Positions 1-10,370 are shown, numbered from the stretch's first letter. The stretch is 44,433 bases of DNA from Actinomycetota bacterium (GCA_005805375.1 SYMT01000216.1:1-44433); one strand, 5' to 3'. Numbers and translations are program-made. Notes: a model not told the origin generated them from the letters alone.

Positions 1-2
1 AC

Positions 3-883
3 CTTGAGGGGGGATTCCTGGGCGCCCAGTACGCCCCGATGCGCGTGGGCATCAAGGAGGACAACGCTGCCTCCCCGACCTTCCGCGTGCGGAGCTTCGA
101 TCCGCTGGAGTCGATAGGGCCGGAGCGGCTGGCGACGCGGCGGCGGCTGGTCGGCGACATGGGGCAGGCGCCGGCCGGAGCGGCCGCACCGCCGCCCCCG
201 CCCGGAAGGGAATGCGCCGGCTGCCGGAACAAGCGTTTGACCCGATCACTTCCGGCAGGGCCCAGCGTGCCTTCGAGATCCGGCGCGAGCCCGAGACGCT
301 CCGAGACCGCCAGGGCCGCCACCCGCTGGGGCAGAACCTGCGGCCGGCGCGGCGCCTGATCGAGGCGGGGGTGCGCATGGTCTGCGTCAACGCCTGGCTG
401 GGTTATCCGCCGGGGGATCGCTTCGTCTTTACCCAGGGCTGGGACATGCGCGGCACCGTCAACCAGGGCAGCATCTTCGGTAGGGACCAGTACGGGCTCC
501 GCTTCGCGCTCCCTCGGTTCGACCAGGCGGTGTCCGCCTTGCTGGAAAACCTGGACCAGCGCGGTCTGCTGGAGACAACGCCCGCTGTCGTGGTGGGTGA
601 GTTCGGCCGCACGCCGAAGATCGTCCACAACCCGTTCCGCGGGCGTGACCACTGGCCGAGCTGCTACACTGCCCTCCTGGCGGGCGGGGGGATCCGAGGC
701 GGCTACGTTCATGGCAGCTCGGATGCCGTCGGCACCTACCCGGCGGGCAGCCCGGTGACGCCGGAAGACTTCGGCGCCACGCTGTTCCACGCGCTGGGGG
801 TCCCGATCGAGACCCGATTCGGCGTGGATGGGTTCATCGGGCCGGTGAGCACGGGGCGGCCGGTGCTGGAACTGTTCCGCTGA
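3..883 (+). pseudogene. DUF1501 domain protein, 3' part (5' end outside window), frameshifted near 170-212
   Basis: Frame +3 reads LEGGFLGAQYAP...RLATRRRL, typical of mid-DUF1501. Homology continues in frame +2 (EQAF..ITS..AF.I..EP..LRD..G....GQ....ARRLIEAGVR, GEFGRTPK, GRDHW, GGGIRGG.VHGSSD, P.DF.AT..HALG). Conserved WDxH appears as WDMR. Confidence 0.8.
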
Positions 884-1025
884 TCCGCGCGCCGGGCTTT
901 CCGGGAGTAGCCCCGCGCTCCGCGGCCCGGCTGCCTGCGTAGTCGGGCAGAGAGCGGGCATCGGAACGTCGCCCTTTCGCCGTGGCGCCCGCGCAGAAGC
1001 GGATGAGTTGTCTTCGCACGACTCC

Positions 1026-1136
1026 TCAGTGCCGCAGCGCAGCGACGCCGGCCAATCCCCATGCGCCGGCCAACGTCAACCCCGAGCTCCAGAGAATGAC
1101 GCCAAGGCAGATCCAGAACAGGAGACGGCCGGACAT
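1026..1136 (-). pseudogene. 3' fragment of small multidrug export protein (Sm_multidrug_ex-like)
   Basis: Translates SGRLLFWICLGVILWSSGLTLAGAWGLAGVAALRH*, which fits the C-terminal helix expected to follow the N-terminal piece at 1851-2120. Confidence 0.65.
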
Positions 1137-1139
1137 GGC

Positions 1140-1746
1140 GCACCACCTGGTGTTCGCTCTGCGTGCAGGGGCCGCATGGCGCGTCCACCACGGCGTGCGT
1201 ACCACACTCACAGAGGTACATCCCCAACACCTGCGGAAAGGCGCTGTCGCCGCGACCTCCGGTGGGGCGCCCAAACGCCCGGACATTGGCCGGGGTGTCC
1301 GGGACATCGTGGTGATGTCCGTCGCAGGCCAGCAGCCGGAAGGGTCCCAGGAACGCGCCCCGGGTGGTCGCGGTAGCCAAGCGCCGGCAGACACGACGGA
1401 ACAAGCGCCGCAGGGGCCGGACGCCGAGCTGATAGCGGCGGGAGCAGAGGGCGCCCGGAGTGACCACGGTGAGGACCCGCGTGGGCGACTGCAGACACAG
1501 GAGGCGGAGGCCCGCAATGAGCCGGTCCCAGACGGCGGGAATGGGCGCCGTGGCGATGAGGCTCATGCCCATCACCAACCAGAGCCCCGCTTCGAAAGGC
1601 AGTTTGCGCTGCCGTTGGGTGTGGAGACCGGCTGCGGCCAGAGCCTGTTGTAACCGTTCTGGGGTGAGGACCTCGGTCAGCGCCGCCAGCGCGTGCTCCG
1701 GGTGACAGGGACCGTCCTGGGAAGCGGTGAGTAGGGCAAAACGCAC
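1140..1746 (-). pseudogene. IS4-family transposase, N-terminal fragment
   Basis: QRQRKLP..LWLVMGMSL, ALCSRRYQLGVRPLRRLF, RLLACDG..HDVPDTPAN..AFGRP..GRG.SAFPQV...LCECGTHAVVDA. Homology stops after SEHQVVR, before the second DDE aspartate (WDRG). Confidence 0.85.
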
Positions 1747-1832
1747 GAGGGGGTGGTTCCAGTACGTTCGTGGTTGCCAATCCTCTGAACGATACCCATG
1801 GAGCCACCCTCTGTGTCACCCGGTGACAGGCA

Positions 1833-1849
1833 CTTGTCTAGCGGCATGG
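1833..1849 (-). repeat. Candidate IS4 left terminal inverted repeat CCATGCCGCTAGACAAG
   Basis: Begins one base after the interrupted host ORF (…GVTGLG) and resembles the E. coli IS4 end TAATGCCGATCAGTTAAG as recalled. Confidence 0.55.
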
Positions 1850-1850
1850 G

Positions 1851-2120
1851 TCCTAACCCTGTCACTCCATAGCGGCTCCAGATCTTGTGGATAGCTCCCT
1901 GTGGTCCTTTCTCCGTTTTCCTGCCGTGACGGTGTACCAGCCAGGTCCGCGGACGCTCGCCCGGCAAGACAACTACCAGGGCGCCCAGCTTGGCGCCGAT
2001 GGCGGCTGTGAAACCTACGGACACTGGATGGAGTTGCGGCGCCAGGCCGGCGGGGATTGCTGCCCAGAGCTCCTGTGCAGCCAGACCAAGTGCTGTTAGA
2101 AGCTGTACCGTAATCACCAT
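1851..2120 (-). pseudogene. 5' part of small multidrug export protein (Sm_multidrug_ex-like), interrupted by IS4
   Basis: GGGAG RBS, then MVITVQLLTALGLAAQELWAAIPAGLAPQLHP...LGALVVVLPGERPRTWL...IWSRYGVTGLG. The EL..AIP.G and RYG..GLG motifs are typical of the family. Confidence 0.7.
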
Positions 2121-2279
2121 CGGTCACTCCCGTTGTGGTGCCTCCCGCCCCACTGTATCCGATCCTGGGCAGGTCGGAGCGGGACTCGGTCAAAGCGCCA
2201 TGCGCCGGAATCTGGCGACTGTTGCACCACTGCGATCCGCTGCGAGCAGATCTTGCGCCGCGCGGTCGCCGCGAGGAAA

Positions 2280-2510
2280 TCACAGGTGAAACTGCGTCGC
2301 GTAGACGTCGGTGAGCTCGAAACGCAGCCGGAGCGGCTGCCCGGCCAGCTTGCCCACCCGGGCTCCGCTCGTCCAGCGGACGACAGGCTCCACCTCATCG
2401 TCGAAGAGGGCCGGGCAGTCATCGAGTGCAGACCCGGGCACCGGCCCGCCCCGGTTGTCCTGGAGTTCGCCACACTCTGGAGGGAACCCGGCGGCAGGTG
2501 GTGGACCAGC
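2280..2510 (-). pseudogene. C-terminal remnant of a Planctomycete-type glycoside-hydrolase-like (beta-propeller) protein
   Basis: Unlisted minus frame reads ELQDNRGGPVPGSALDDCPALFDDEVEPVVRWTSGARVGKLAGQPLRLRFELTDVYATQFHL*, a recognisable conserved C-terminus. Upstream sequence is frameshifted and has no start. Confidence 0.65.
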
Positions 2511-2976
2511 CGGGCTGCTATCGGGAGGTGACTGCCACCGCCATGAGCCTGCCGGCTATGGCGCGGGCCTCCGGCTGGGCTGGTTGTCCCCGGACTACCG
2601 CGCGACGTGGGCAAACAGTAAAAACTCTCTTTCGAGCCGGTAAACATCGGGGCGCGGCCTGGAAACCAGCGGTCCACTGTAGGTCGCGGTCGCGCTGGGC
2701 CAGCCTGATGCACCCACAACACGACCGGGCCGACCTCGCTTCGGACCTCCCCCATCCAACGTCTACTTCCTGACTCTTGTCGGAGCGTGGAGGTTCCGGA
2801 TGTGATGCGGCTGTGCGGGCAGTGAGGGTTCCCACACGCGCGTGCTGGCCCACTGCGGTAGAATTTCAATGAGCCGCGCCGACTGCTCTGCAGAGTATCC
2901 CCGGCGCCGGCCAGTATTCCTCCAAGAAGCGACCCGGGCGGGCGACGCACCGGGCGCTGGTGAGCCAAAGGAAACC

Positions 2977-4023
2977 ATGCGGGTACTCATCACAGGGTCG
3001 AGCGGACAGATTGGAACGAACCTCGCGCTCCGGCTGCTGGAGCAGGGCCACGAGGTGTTCGGCGTGGACAAACGGTTGAACACCTGGACTGATCGGTTCC
3101 GCTACTTGCTCCAGGACCTGAGCTCCCACTACCCCTCGCACCCGACCGGGATCGGGGGCGTAGACTATCCGCCCTGCGATGTGGTGGTGCATCTCGCTGC
3201 CCATGCCAAAGTCCATCAACTCGTGCTCCAGCCGCACCGCGCGCTCGAGAACATGGTGATGGTCTACAACGTGCTGGAGTACTGCCGTCAGACCACGACC
3301 CCGATCCTCTTCTCCAGCAGCCGGGAGGTATACGGGGACATCCGGCGCTTCAGCACCGACGAGACGAGCGCGGACTTCGCGTTTACCGAGAGCACCTACT
3401 CCGCCAGCAAGATCGCCGGAGAGGCGCTGGTGTACTCCTATGCCCGGTGCTACGGACTGCCGTACATCGTGTTCCGGTTCAGCAACGTCTACGGCCGGTT
3501 CGACAACGACCTGGAGCGGATGGTTCGCGTCATCCCCCTCTTCGTCCATCGGATCGCCAACGACGAACCGATCACCATTTTCGGCAAGGACAAGGTGCTC
3601 GACTTCACTTACGTGGATGACTGCGTGGAAGGCGTGATGCGGGGCATTCATGCACTGGCTGAGAGACGTGTAATGAATCAGACGATCAATCTCGCCTGTG
3701 GTGAAGGGAACACTTTGGTGGCAATGGCGGAGTACATCGCCGAAGCCCTGGGTAAGGAACCCAACGTCACGCTGAAGCCGCCGCTCCTCGGCGAAGTGAC
3801 CCACTACGTCGCAAACATCAGCAAGGCCAGCCAGTTGCTCGGCTACGAGCCCCAGGTATCCCTGCGAGATGGGATTCACCGGGCGGTGGCGTGGTCCCAG
3901 GAGTGGGCCGCGACCCACGGCTCCACTGCGGGCCTGCGGGAGGCGACTCCGGAGGAAGGTGGAGTCTCGGACGACATGGGGATCGGTTACAAAGAAGAGA
4001 TGGATCTGGTTGGTTCCGCCTGA
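2977..4023 (+). CDS. NAD-dependent epimerase/dehydratase (extended SDR)
   Basis: GSSGQIG nucleotide-binding motif, HLAA, SSS.EVYG, YSASK catalytic motif, RFSNVYG, DFTYVDD. AAGGA RBS precedes the ATG at 2977. Confidence 0.92.
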   Translation: MRVLITGSSGQIGTNLALRLLEQGHEVFGVDKRLNTWTDRFRYLLQDLSSHYPSHPTGIGGVDYPPCDVVVHLAAHAKVHQLVLQPHRALENMVMVYNVLEYCRQTTTPILFSSSREVYGDIRRFSTDETSADFAFTESTYSASKIAGEALVYSYARCYGLPYIVFRFSNVYGRFDNDLERMVRVIPLFVHRIANDEPITIFGKDKVLDFTYVDDCVEGVMRGIHALAERRVMNQTINLACGEGNTLVAMAEYIAEALGKEPNVTLKPPLLGEVTHYVANISKASQLLGYEPQVSLRDGIHRAVAWSQEWAATHGSTAGLREATPEEGGVSDDMGIGYKEEMDLVGSA

Positions 4024-4037
4024 ACGAGGAGCGCGCC

Positions 4038-4616
4038 GTGGCGGAAGTCTACGTCAGCACGGATGTCGAGGCCGACGGCCCCATTCCGGGGCCGCACTCG
4101 ATGCTGAGCTTTGGTTCTGCAGCCTACCTTGCCGACAAGACATTGGTAGGGACGTTCAGCGCGAATCTGGAACAACTGCCTGAAGCTCGCCCGCATCCGC
4201 AGACGATGGCGTGGTGGGAAAGCCAGCCCGACGCGTGGGTCGCCTGCCGAGAAAACGTGCAGGCGCCGGCCGTCGCCCTCCCGGCCTACGCGCGCTGGCT
4301 GAAGGAACTCCCCGGCCGGCCGGTGTTTGTCGGCTACCCTGCGGCCTACGACTTTCTCTTCGTCTACTGGTATCTGATCCGCTTCGCCGGCGAGAGTCCC
4401 TTCTCCCACTCAGCGCTCGACATCAAGACGCTGGCAATGACCCTGCTCGGGGGAGAGTACCGCGCCGCGGTGAAGCGAAACATGCCGAAGCGGTGGTTCG
4501 ATCCGCTGCCGCACACGCACCGGGCGCTCGACGACGCGCTGGAGCAGGGCGCGTTATTCTGCAACCTGCTCCGTGAAGCGGAGGAGCTCAGAACCGGGCC
4601 GCGCCGAACTCAATGA
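4038..4616 (+). CDS. DEDDh 3'-5' exonuclease (RNase AS/DUF5051-like)
   Basis: STDVEADGP (ExoI), AYDF (ExoII), HRALDDA (ExoIII). GAGGAG RBS precedes the GTG. Confidence 0.85.
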   Translation: MAEVYVSTDVEADGPIPGPHSMLSFGSAAYLADKTLVGTFSANLEQLPEARPHPQTMAWWESQPDAWVACRENVQAPAVALPAYARWLKELPGRPVFVGYPAAYDFLFVYWYLIRFAGESPFSHSALDIKTLAMTLLGGEYRAAVKRNMPKRWFDPLPHTHRALDDALEQGALFCNLLREAEELRTGPRRTQ

Positions 4617-6567
4617 TGAAGCGGTGTTCGAGCTGCGACCAGTAGATGCCGAGGTCGCGCCCGCCGATCGTCCGCACGATGCCGAGCTGGTAATCCTGCT
4701 GCCCGAAGTTCCCAAACGAGTAGAGGGAGTGGAGCACATCAAACCGCCAGTTAGCGCCCATCCGGTAGCTCATCTGTACGATGCTGTTCCGGTTGTTTGC
4801 ATCCAGAGCCGTTGAACCGAGAGCCGTGAGCTGCAGGCGCTTCGTCACCGCGAAGCTCATGTTGAACGTGGCGTTGGTGCGCCCGGTGGACGGGAAGAGG
4901 CTCGTAGCGGCGTTGAGCGAGTTGTGGGTCAGCCCGAACGACAGTTGCCCATTGCGGGGCAGCGCCTTCCGGATGGTGGCGTCCAGCGCGGGACCGAAGC
5001 CGCTATTGAGTGAGTTCCCGGCCACCCCCCGAAGCGCCAGGCTGCTGTCCAGGCTAAAGCCGCCGCCCAGAGTGACGGACTTCGGGCGCACCTTCACCCC
5101 AACTGCTTGAAACTGGCTCCCCGGGGTGTTGATGAGGCGCCGCCGGTCGGTCCGGTCCAGCCCGGTGAGACCCTGGATCGCGACCGGCTGTTGATCACGA
5201 TAATAAAAGCTGGTTTCCGCAGAGACCATCAACTTGCCGTCGGCCACGGGACGCGGCTTGGTTTCGAAGGCGAACGAGAGTGTGCGTGCGAAATTGGCGC
5301 GCTGAAACTTGGAGCCGGTGAGTGCGAGTTGCACATTGCCGATGTTGGGCATGCCGGCGGTCAGATTCACGCTCCCGTAGAAGTCACGGTGCGCCGGAAA
5401 CTGCAGGTCGGCCACCAGACGCGAAGTGGGATTGAGCTGTTGAATGTGGTTCCACTGAAACCCCCAGCGATCCGGCGAAGACAGGTTCGTGAACATAGCC
5501 TGTCCCTCGCTGGATCCGGAAAACCCGTACTTCTGTACCAGATCCACACTCAGACCCCGCTGGCGTGTGAAGTTGCCGATGCCGCCCGATTTCGCGCCGT
5601 AGCCCAGGCGGAGCGCGGTGCTGGAGCCCGGAGACATCCGGAGGTAGAGCGGAAGGTCGAGGGTTAGGCCCTCAGAACCGAGCCCGACGTACTGCCGGGG
5701 GCCGTCGAAGCCGTCTCGGAGGCTGGTCTCGTGGTAGCTCATCCGCAGGCTCTTCACGCCGCCGACGAAGGCGCGCGCGCCCTGCATCTGCACCCGGTCG
5801 TCCAGAACGTAGTTGGCGTGCCTGCCGACCCAGAGCAATTTGCTGTCGCTGAGGTCCACGAGCTCGAAGTCTGGGTTGACGTTGCGCGGTCGTTCCGGCA
5901 GGTCGGTGAGGCCGTACCCGCTGAACCACTGCCGGACGCCGACTGCGAGTACGTAGCCTTCAAAGGACTTCAGATCCAGCCAGAGACGCTGACCGAAGAG
6001 CGTCTTGTCATCGGCGGCGATGCTGACCTTCCCGAGCGCCTTCACCGAGTTCCGGTTCAAGTCCACCTGCACGGAACTCGCGTCGAGCGTGATCCCGCGG
6101 AAACGTACGCGGACCTGCTCGTCCGCCTGGATGAAGCGTTTGTCCTCGCTGTAGGCCACGTACTTGGCGTCAATACGCATCACTCGGCCGCCGACGGAGG
6201 TTTCCAGCAGCTTGCTCACCATCGGCACACTGATCACAGTCTGGTCTATGCCGGCGGCAACGGTAACATTTGCCGCCTGGGGCACGGCTGAGGACGTCAG
6301 TGTTGCGCGGGCCACCCCGGCGGAGGTGAATGCGAGAGGGGTGATGCTCCCTGCGGTCGTGTAGAACCGGACCTCAGTTCCGTCCCGGACCGGCCGGCCG
6401 CTGACCGCCCGAATGTCCGCCGTAATCATGGCGGTGCTGATGCCGTCGGCTAGGAGCACATTCGGGCTGACCTGTGCGCGGACGGATCCCGCTGCGAGCG
6501 CGGGCCGGGTGACCCCGACAACAAGGGCAGCGCTGAGAGCGAACAGCAGGAGAGTCGCGCGTTTCAT
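4588..6567 (-). CDS. Putative outer-membrane protein: signal peptide + invasin-type Ig domain + OstA/LptD-like region
   Basis: Sec signal [12 protein letters not shown]...ALA; [14 protein letters not shown]...[20 protein letters not shown] (Big_1-like); OstA-like beta repeats; amphipathic beta strands ending in terminal Phe. Confidence 0.65.
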   Translation of the reverse strand: MKRATLLLFALSAALVVGVTRPALAAGSVRAQVSPNVLLADGISTAMITADIRAVSGRPVRDGTEVRFYTTAGSITPLAFTSAGVARATLTSSAVPQAANVTVAAGIDQTVISVPMVSKLLETSVGGRVMRIDAKYVAYSEDKRFIQADEQVRVRFRGITLDASSVQVDLNRNSVKALGKVSIAADDKTLFGQRLWLDLKSFEGYVLAVGVRQWFSGYGLTDLPERPRNVNPDFELVDLSDSKLLWVGRHANYVLDDRVQMQGARAFVGGVKSLRMSYHETSLRDGFDGPRQYVGLGSEGLTLDLPLYLRMSPGSSTALRLGYGAKSGGIGNFTRQRGLSVDLVQKYGFSGSSEGQAMFTNLSSPDRWGFQWNHIQQLNPTSRLVADLQFPAHRDFYGSVNLTAGMPNIGNVQLALTGSKFQRANFARTLSFAFETKPRPVADGKLMVSAETSFYYRDQQPVAIQGLTGLDRTDRRRLINTPGSQFQAVGVKVRPKSVTLGGGFSLDSSLALRGVAGNSLNSGFGPALDATIRKALPRNGQLSFGLTHNSLNAATSLFPSTGRTNATFNMSFAVTKRLQLTALGSTALDANNRNSIVQMSYRMGANWRFDVLHSLYSFGNFGQQDYQLGIVRTIGGRDLGIYWSQLEHRFIIEFGAARF

Positions 6568-6739
6568 AAAGGTCCAGGTCCGAGTGAGGGGGGCTCCCCC
6601 GGGAGTCGGGATTGCCTGAAAACTGCCGATAGAGAGTTTCCCCGGTTCGCAGTGGGAATTCCTCCCCGAATCACGGCCGGCGGAAAACGAACATTGGACA
6701 CACATATCCCGGAGTACGGTTCGCGGCTCGCCCGATCCG

Positions 6740-6767
6740 GCAGGAATCACCGCCGGCGAGGGTGAAG
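6740..6767 (+). promoter_or_regulatory. Candidate SigH-like promoter GCAGGA-N18-GAAG
   Basis: 27 nt upstream of ATG 6795, with the same spacing as four other copies in the window. Confidence 0.5.
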
Positions 6768-6794
6768 GGTTGAATCCGGAGGGTTGAGACAGAG

Positions 6795-7736
6795 ATGATC
6801 GGCGTGCTCGGATGGATGCTGGTGGTGATCGCGATCGCGGTGGTGTTCTCCGCGTTTCGGCGCCCGGAAGGCGCAGCGGCGGCCGCGCCGCAGTCCGGTC
6901 CGGATCGGACTCGCGTGATCACCGGGCTGATCGTGTTCGTGTTGGGAGGCGGGCTTGCGGCGTGGCCGAGTCTCGCCCTGGCGCGGCTCACTACGGTCGA
7001 ACTGACCCGACAGGACAGTTGGTGCACCAATCCGCCCATCTCGGTGGACGGACCCCTGCGCTGGGAGGGGAAGGCGCTGGTCGCGAATCTGGAAGCGGGC
7101 AGCGGGCGCTATGCGGTGTTTCCTGTGGATTGGGAAGCCAATCGCTTCGAAGCCGAGTGGGATGTCACCATCACGCACCTGGACCGGAAACGGGATCCCA
7201 TCCAGTTGGAAGTGGGAGGCGTCCGGAAATCCGTGCCTCGCTCCGATCTGGACTACGCTTCGTGCGCCGTCGGCCTGATGGATCAGAACGCGGCGAATAT
7301 TGACGATCGCGACCACGTGAGCGGAAGCGCGATCGAAGCCTGCTTTTCGGATGATGTCCGGCTGCGGGCCAGCGACGCGAATTTCCTGGTCCAGACTTCG
7401 TCCTCCACCGAATCGGGCACCAAAGACCTCGATCTGGAGTTCAAGCCGAGCCCGCCGGTGCAAATCCGGGTAGGGGTCAAGTACCACTGTTTCCTCACCT
7501 ACGACGGGCGTACCCATTCGGCGGCCCTCGTCGTCAAGGACAACACCGGTCAGACCGTCGCCTCCCGCCGTCTGGAGGACTTGAAGGACTTCACCAGCAG
7601 CGTCGCGTGGTTCGGCGTGACGGTCCGCGGGTACAACCGGTACGATAAGAAACTCGACCCGAAGAAGTCGGACACAGGGTACGTCAGACCCCGAGCCGAA
7701 GTACGCCTTGAGAACGTGACGTATCGTCAGCCCTAG
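6795..7736 (+). CDS. Hypothetical membrane-anchored protein (2 N-terminal TM helices + beta-rich domain)
   Basis: 313 aa ORF with coding-like codon usage, two hydrophobic segments, then a ConA-like beta-sandwich pattern. Confidence 0.7.
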   Translation: MIGVLGWMLVVIAIAVVFSAFRRPEGAAAAAPQSGPDRTRVITGLIVFVLGGGLAAWPSLALARLTTVELTRQDSWCTNPPISVDGPLRWEGKALVANLEAGSGRYAVFPVDWEANRFEAEWDVTITHLDRKRDPIQLEVGGVRKSVPRSDLDYASCAVGLMDQNAANIDDRDHVSGSAIEACFSDDVRLRASDANFLVQTSSSTESGTKDLDLEFKPSPPVQIRVGVKYHCFLTYDGRTHSAALVVKDNTGQTVASRRLEDLKDFTSSVAWFGVTVRGYNRYDKKLDPKKSDTGYVRPRAEVRLENVTYRQP

Positions 7737-7781
7737 CGAACCGGCCGGGTACGAACTCTGGCATTGAGGACATCGGACACC

Positions 7782-10370
7782 ATGTACCCACAGTCACCAG
7801 GAAAAGGCCGTACGCGGCCACGAGCGATCACCGCAGGACAGGTGCTCCTGGGTCTTGCGACAATCAGCGGAATCGGCGCCGGCGCAGCGGGGCTGGTGGT
7901 GCGCCTGGGCGCGCAGTCGGACGGAAGCGCTGTCGTCCCGACCAATCAGACCGTGACACCGGCAGGGGCGGTGCACCAGCTCCCCGGCTCGCGACCCAAG
8001 GACGTGGCTATCTCCCCGGACGGTTCGTGGGTGGCGGTCCTGGCGACCAACCGGGTTGCATTTTTCCGGGCGGATGGTGCGCCCGCCGGAACGGCGAATC
8101 TGACCGGTGCGGCGTTGGGAGTCGCGTTCAGTCCAGATGGGCAGTGGCTGTTTGCGTCGCAAACGAGCGGCAAAGTCGCCCGGCTTCACGTCGAGAGCGG
8201 CGAGTGGAAGAAGGACGGCGAGCTCACCGTGGACGTGGGCGGCTCCGGGGGCGGCCGCCGGGGGAGCGGAAACCCGCAGACCGGGGGCCTCGCCGTGTCG
8301 CCCGATGGCGCCCGGCTTTACGCCGCGCTCGGCATCCGCAACGCCGTTGCGGTGGTGAATCTCTCCAACAGCCAGGTGGAACGCACGGTCCCGGTGGGGG
8401 TGGCGCCGTATCACGTGGCACTTACTCCGGACGGGCGCACGCTCTGCGTCGCCAACCGCGGCGGAGCCGCCGCTCCGTCCGCCGAAACCCACGCCGCTCT
8501 GTCGGCGCAATCGCGCGTGCGGGTGGATCCCGCGACGGATGCCGCACTCGGCGGAAGTGTCTCGTTGGTAGACACCACAAGCTTCCAGACAACCGCGGTC
8601 GAAGTGGGGCGGCAGCCCGGTGGCATGGCCATCTCCAGAGATGGCCGGACGCTGTACGTCGCCAACTCCGATTCGGACAGCGTCTCCGTGGTTGAATTCG
8701 CGGCCCACAAGGTCACGCACACCGTCTCGGTGCGTCCCCCCGACGACCCCGGTTTCGGTCAGATTCCCGTGAGTCTGGCGCTCTCCACCGATGGCGACAC
8801 CCTTTTCGTGGCGTGTGGCGGCGGAAACGCGATCGCGGTGCTCACGGCGCGCGGCACCCCGAAGCTGCGCGGTTTCATCCCATGCGGCTGGTTCCCCATC
8901 CAGGTGCGGGAAAGGGACGGTCGCCTCGTGGTGGCAAACGCCAAGGGCATCGGGGCCCGCAATCCGAATGAGAAGGGCAAGTTCGGCGTCCACGCCTCGG
9001 TGGGTTCCGTGCAGTTCATCGCCGCCGCCGATTTTCGGCGCCTGGCGCCGTTGACCCGCCAGGTAGCCCGCAACAACCGGTGGGGCGACGAACCCGGGGC
9101 GCGCGCCGACGTGGCTCCCGTGCCGGTGCCCGCGCGGGTCGGCGAGCCGTCCGTCTTCCGCCACGTCGTCTACATCATCAAAGAAAACCTCACCTACGAT
9201 TCGGTTTTGGGCGATCTGTCAACCGGGAACGGTGATGCTTCGCTCACCCTGTTCCCGGAGCAGGTGAGTCCCAACCACCACGCCCTCGCACGCGAGTTTG
9301 TGCTTCTGGACAATACGTATAGTTCGGGCACCAACTCGGCCGACGGGCATCAGTGGGTCGCGTCGTCGGTGGCGAACGGATACATGGAGCACAACTACGG
9401 GCATCACGTGCGGAGTTATCCGTATGACGGGGGCGATCCCCTGGCCTACTCGCCGGCCGGATTCCTCTGGACGGCGGCCAGCCGGGCCGGAAAGAGCGTG
9501 CGGGTCTACGGTGAGTTCGTGAACAAGCCCTCGATCGTGGACCCGGCGACGGGGCGCACGCCGACCTGGACGCAGCTCTGGCAGGACTACCGCGCCGGGG
9601 GAAATCGCTTCCGGATCACGGCCGATACGGACAATGCGGCGCTGAAGCTGTTTCTCCATCCGCATTTCATCGGCTTCCCGCTGATTGTCACCGACCAGTG
9701 GCGGGCGGACCAGTTCCTCGCCGACTTCCGGCGCTGGGAGCTGCGGGGAGATATGCCGGATTTGACCATGATGCTCCTGCCCGCCGACCACACTTCGGGG
9801 ACCCGGGCCGGCATTCCGACCCCGCGCGCGCAGGTAGCGGACAACGATCTGGCGCTGGGACGCATCGTGGAAGCGATCACCCGGTCTCGCTTCTGGAAGG
9901 ACACGCTCATCCTCGTTGTGCAGGATGACTCGCAACTCGGGCTGGATCATGTGGACGGGCATCGGATGCCCGCCTTCGTCATTTCCCCCTACACGCGCCG
10001 GGGCGCGGTGGTCAGCGAGGCCTACAACCACACGTCGTTTGCCCGCACCATCGGACTGGTGCTGGGCTTCCCGGCGCTCAATCGGTTCGACCGCACCGGT
10101 CTGCCGCTCACGCAGTGCTTCCAGGCACAGGCGGATTCTCGCGCGTACTCGGTGCGGGCAAACAACATCCGTCTGGATGAGATGAACCCGCCCACGAGCG
10201 CTCTGCGAGGCGAGGCCCGGCGTCTGGCCGAGGCGTCCGGCGGGCAGGACTGGAGCGACGTGGATCGGGCCGAACCGGAGGTGGTCGCGCGGGCTGTGTG
10301 GCACGCGCAATTCCCCCACCGTCCTTTCCCGGCTGCCCGGTTCCATCCGCCTGCTGACGACGACGATTGA
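7782..10370 (+). CDS. YncE/YVTN beta-propeller fused to phosphoesterase (alkaline-phosphatase-like) domain
   Basis: Repeated SPDG..LYVAN..S..VSV blades; HVVYIIKENLTYD, NSADGHQW, LPADHT.G, VADNDLALGR, DHVDGHR. Confidence 0.9.
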   Translation: MYPQSPGKGRTRPRAITAGQVLLGLATISGIGAGAAGLVVRLGAQSDGSAVVPTNQTVTPAGAVHQLPGSRPKDVAISPDGSWVAVLATNRVAFFRADGAPAGTANLTGAALGVAFSPDGQWLFASQTSGKVARLHVESGEWKKDGELTVDVGGSGGGRRGSGNPQTGGLAVSPDGARLYAALGIRNAVAVVNLSNSQVERTVPVGVAPYHVALTPDGRTLCVANRGGAAAPSAETHAALSAQSRVRVDPATDAALGGSVSLVDTTSFQTTAVEVGRQPGGMAISRDGRTLYVANSDSDSVSVVEFAAHKVTHTVSVRPPDDPGFGQIPVSLALSTDGDTLFVACGGGNAIAVLTARGTPKLRGFIPCGWFPIQVRERDGRLVVANAKGIGARNPNEKGKFGVHASVGSVQFIAAADFRRLAPLTRQVARNNRWGDEPGARADVAPVPVPARVGEPSVFRHVVYIIKENLTYDSVLGDLSTGNGDASLTLFPEQVSPNHHALAREFVLLDNTYSSGTNSADGHQWVASSVANGYMEHNYGHHVRSYPYDGGDPLAYSPAGFLWTAASRAGKSVRVYGEFVNKPSIVDPATGRTPTWTQLWQDYRAGGNRFRITADTDNAALKLFLHPHFIGFPLIVTDQWRADQFLADFRRWELRGDMPDLTMMLLPADHTSGTRAGIPTPRAQVADNDLALGRIVEAITRSRFWKDTLILVVQDDSQLGLDHVDGHRMPAFVISPYTRRGAVVSEAYNHTSFARTIGLVLGFPALNRFDRTGLPLTQCFQAQADSRAYSVRANNIRLDEMNPPTSALRGEARRLAEASGGQDWSDVDRAEPEVVARAVWHAQFPHRPFPAARFHPPADDDD

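Larger units (their letters stand above)
1140..1849 (-). mobile_element. Truncated IS4-family insertion sequence (left end plus N-terminal half of transposase)
   Basis: Transposase-like ORF plus a candidate terminal inverted repeat at 1849-1833. It sits between two halves of a host gene. No right end is visible. Confidence 0.8.

Noticed and set aside
736-1746. Intact 336-aa transposase
   Set aside because: Transposase similarity ends near 1140, the DDE triad is incomplete, and the rest is read-through into unrelated DNA.
1851-1868. GAGTGACAGGGTTAGG as the IS terminal repeat, with GTGACAGG as subterminal repeats
   Set aside because: It encodes GVTGLG of the interrupted host gene. The IS end fits better at 1849-1833.
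2133-2531. Plus-strand ORF resembling a DinB/ImuB or DUF6504 remnant (WREPGGRWW)
   Set aside because: The opposite strand gives a much clearer match to a hydrolase-like C-terminus, so this is a shadow ORF.
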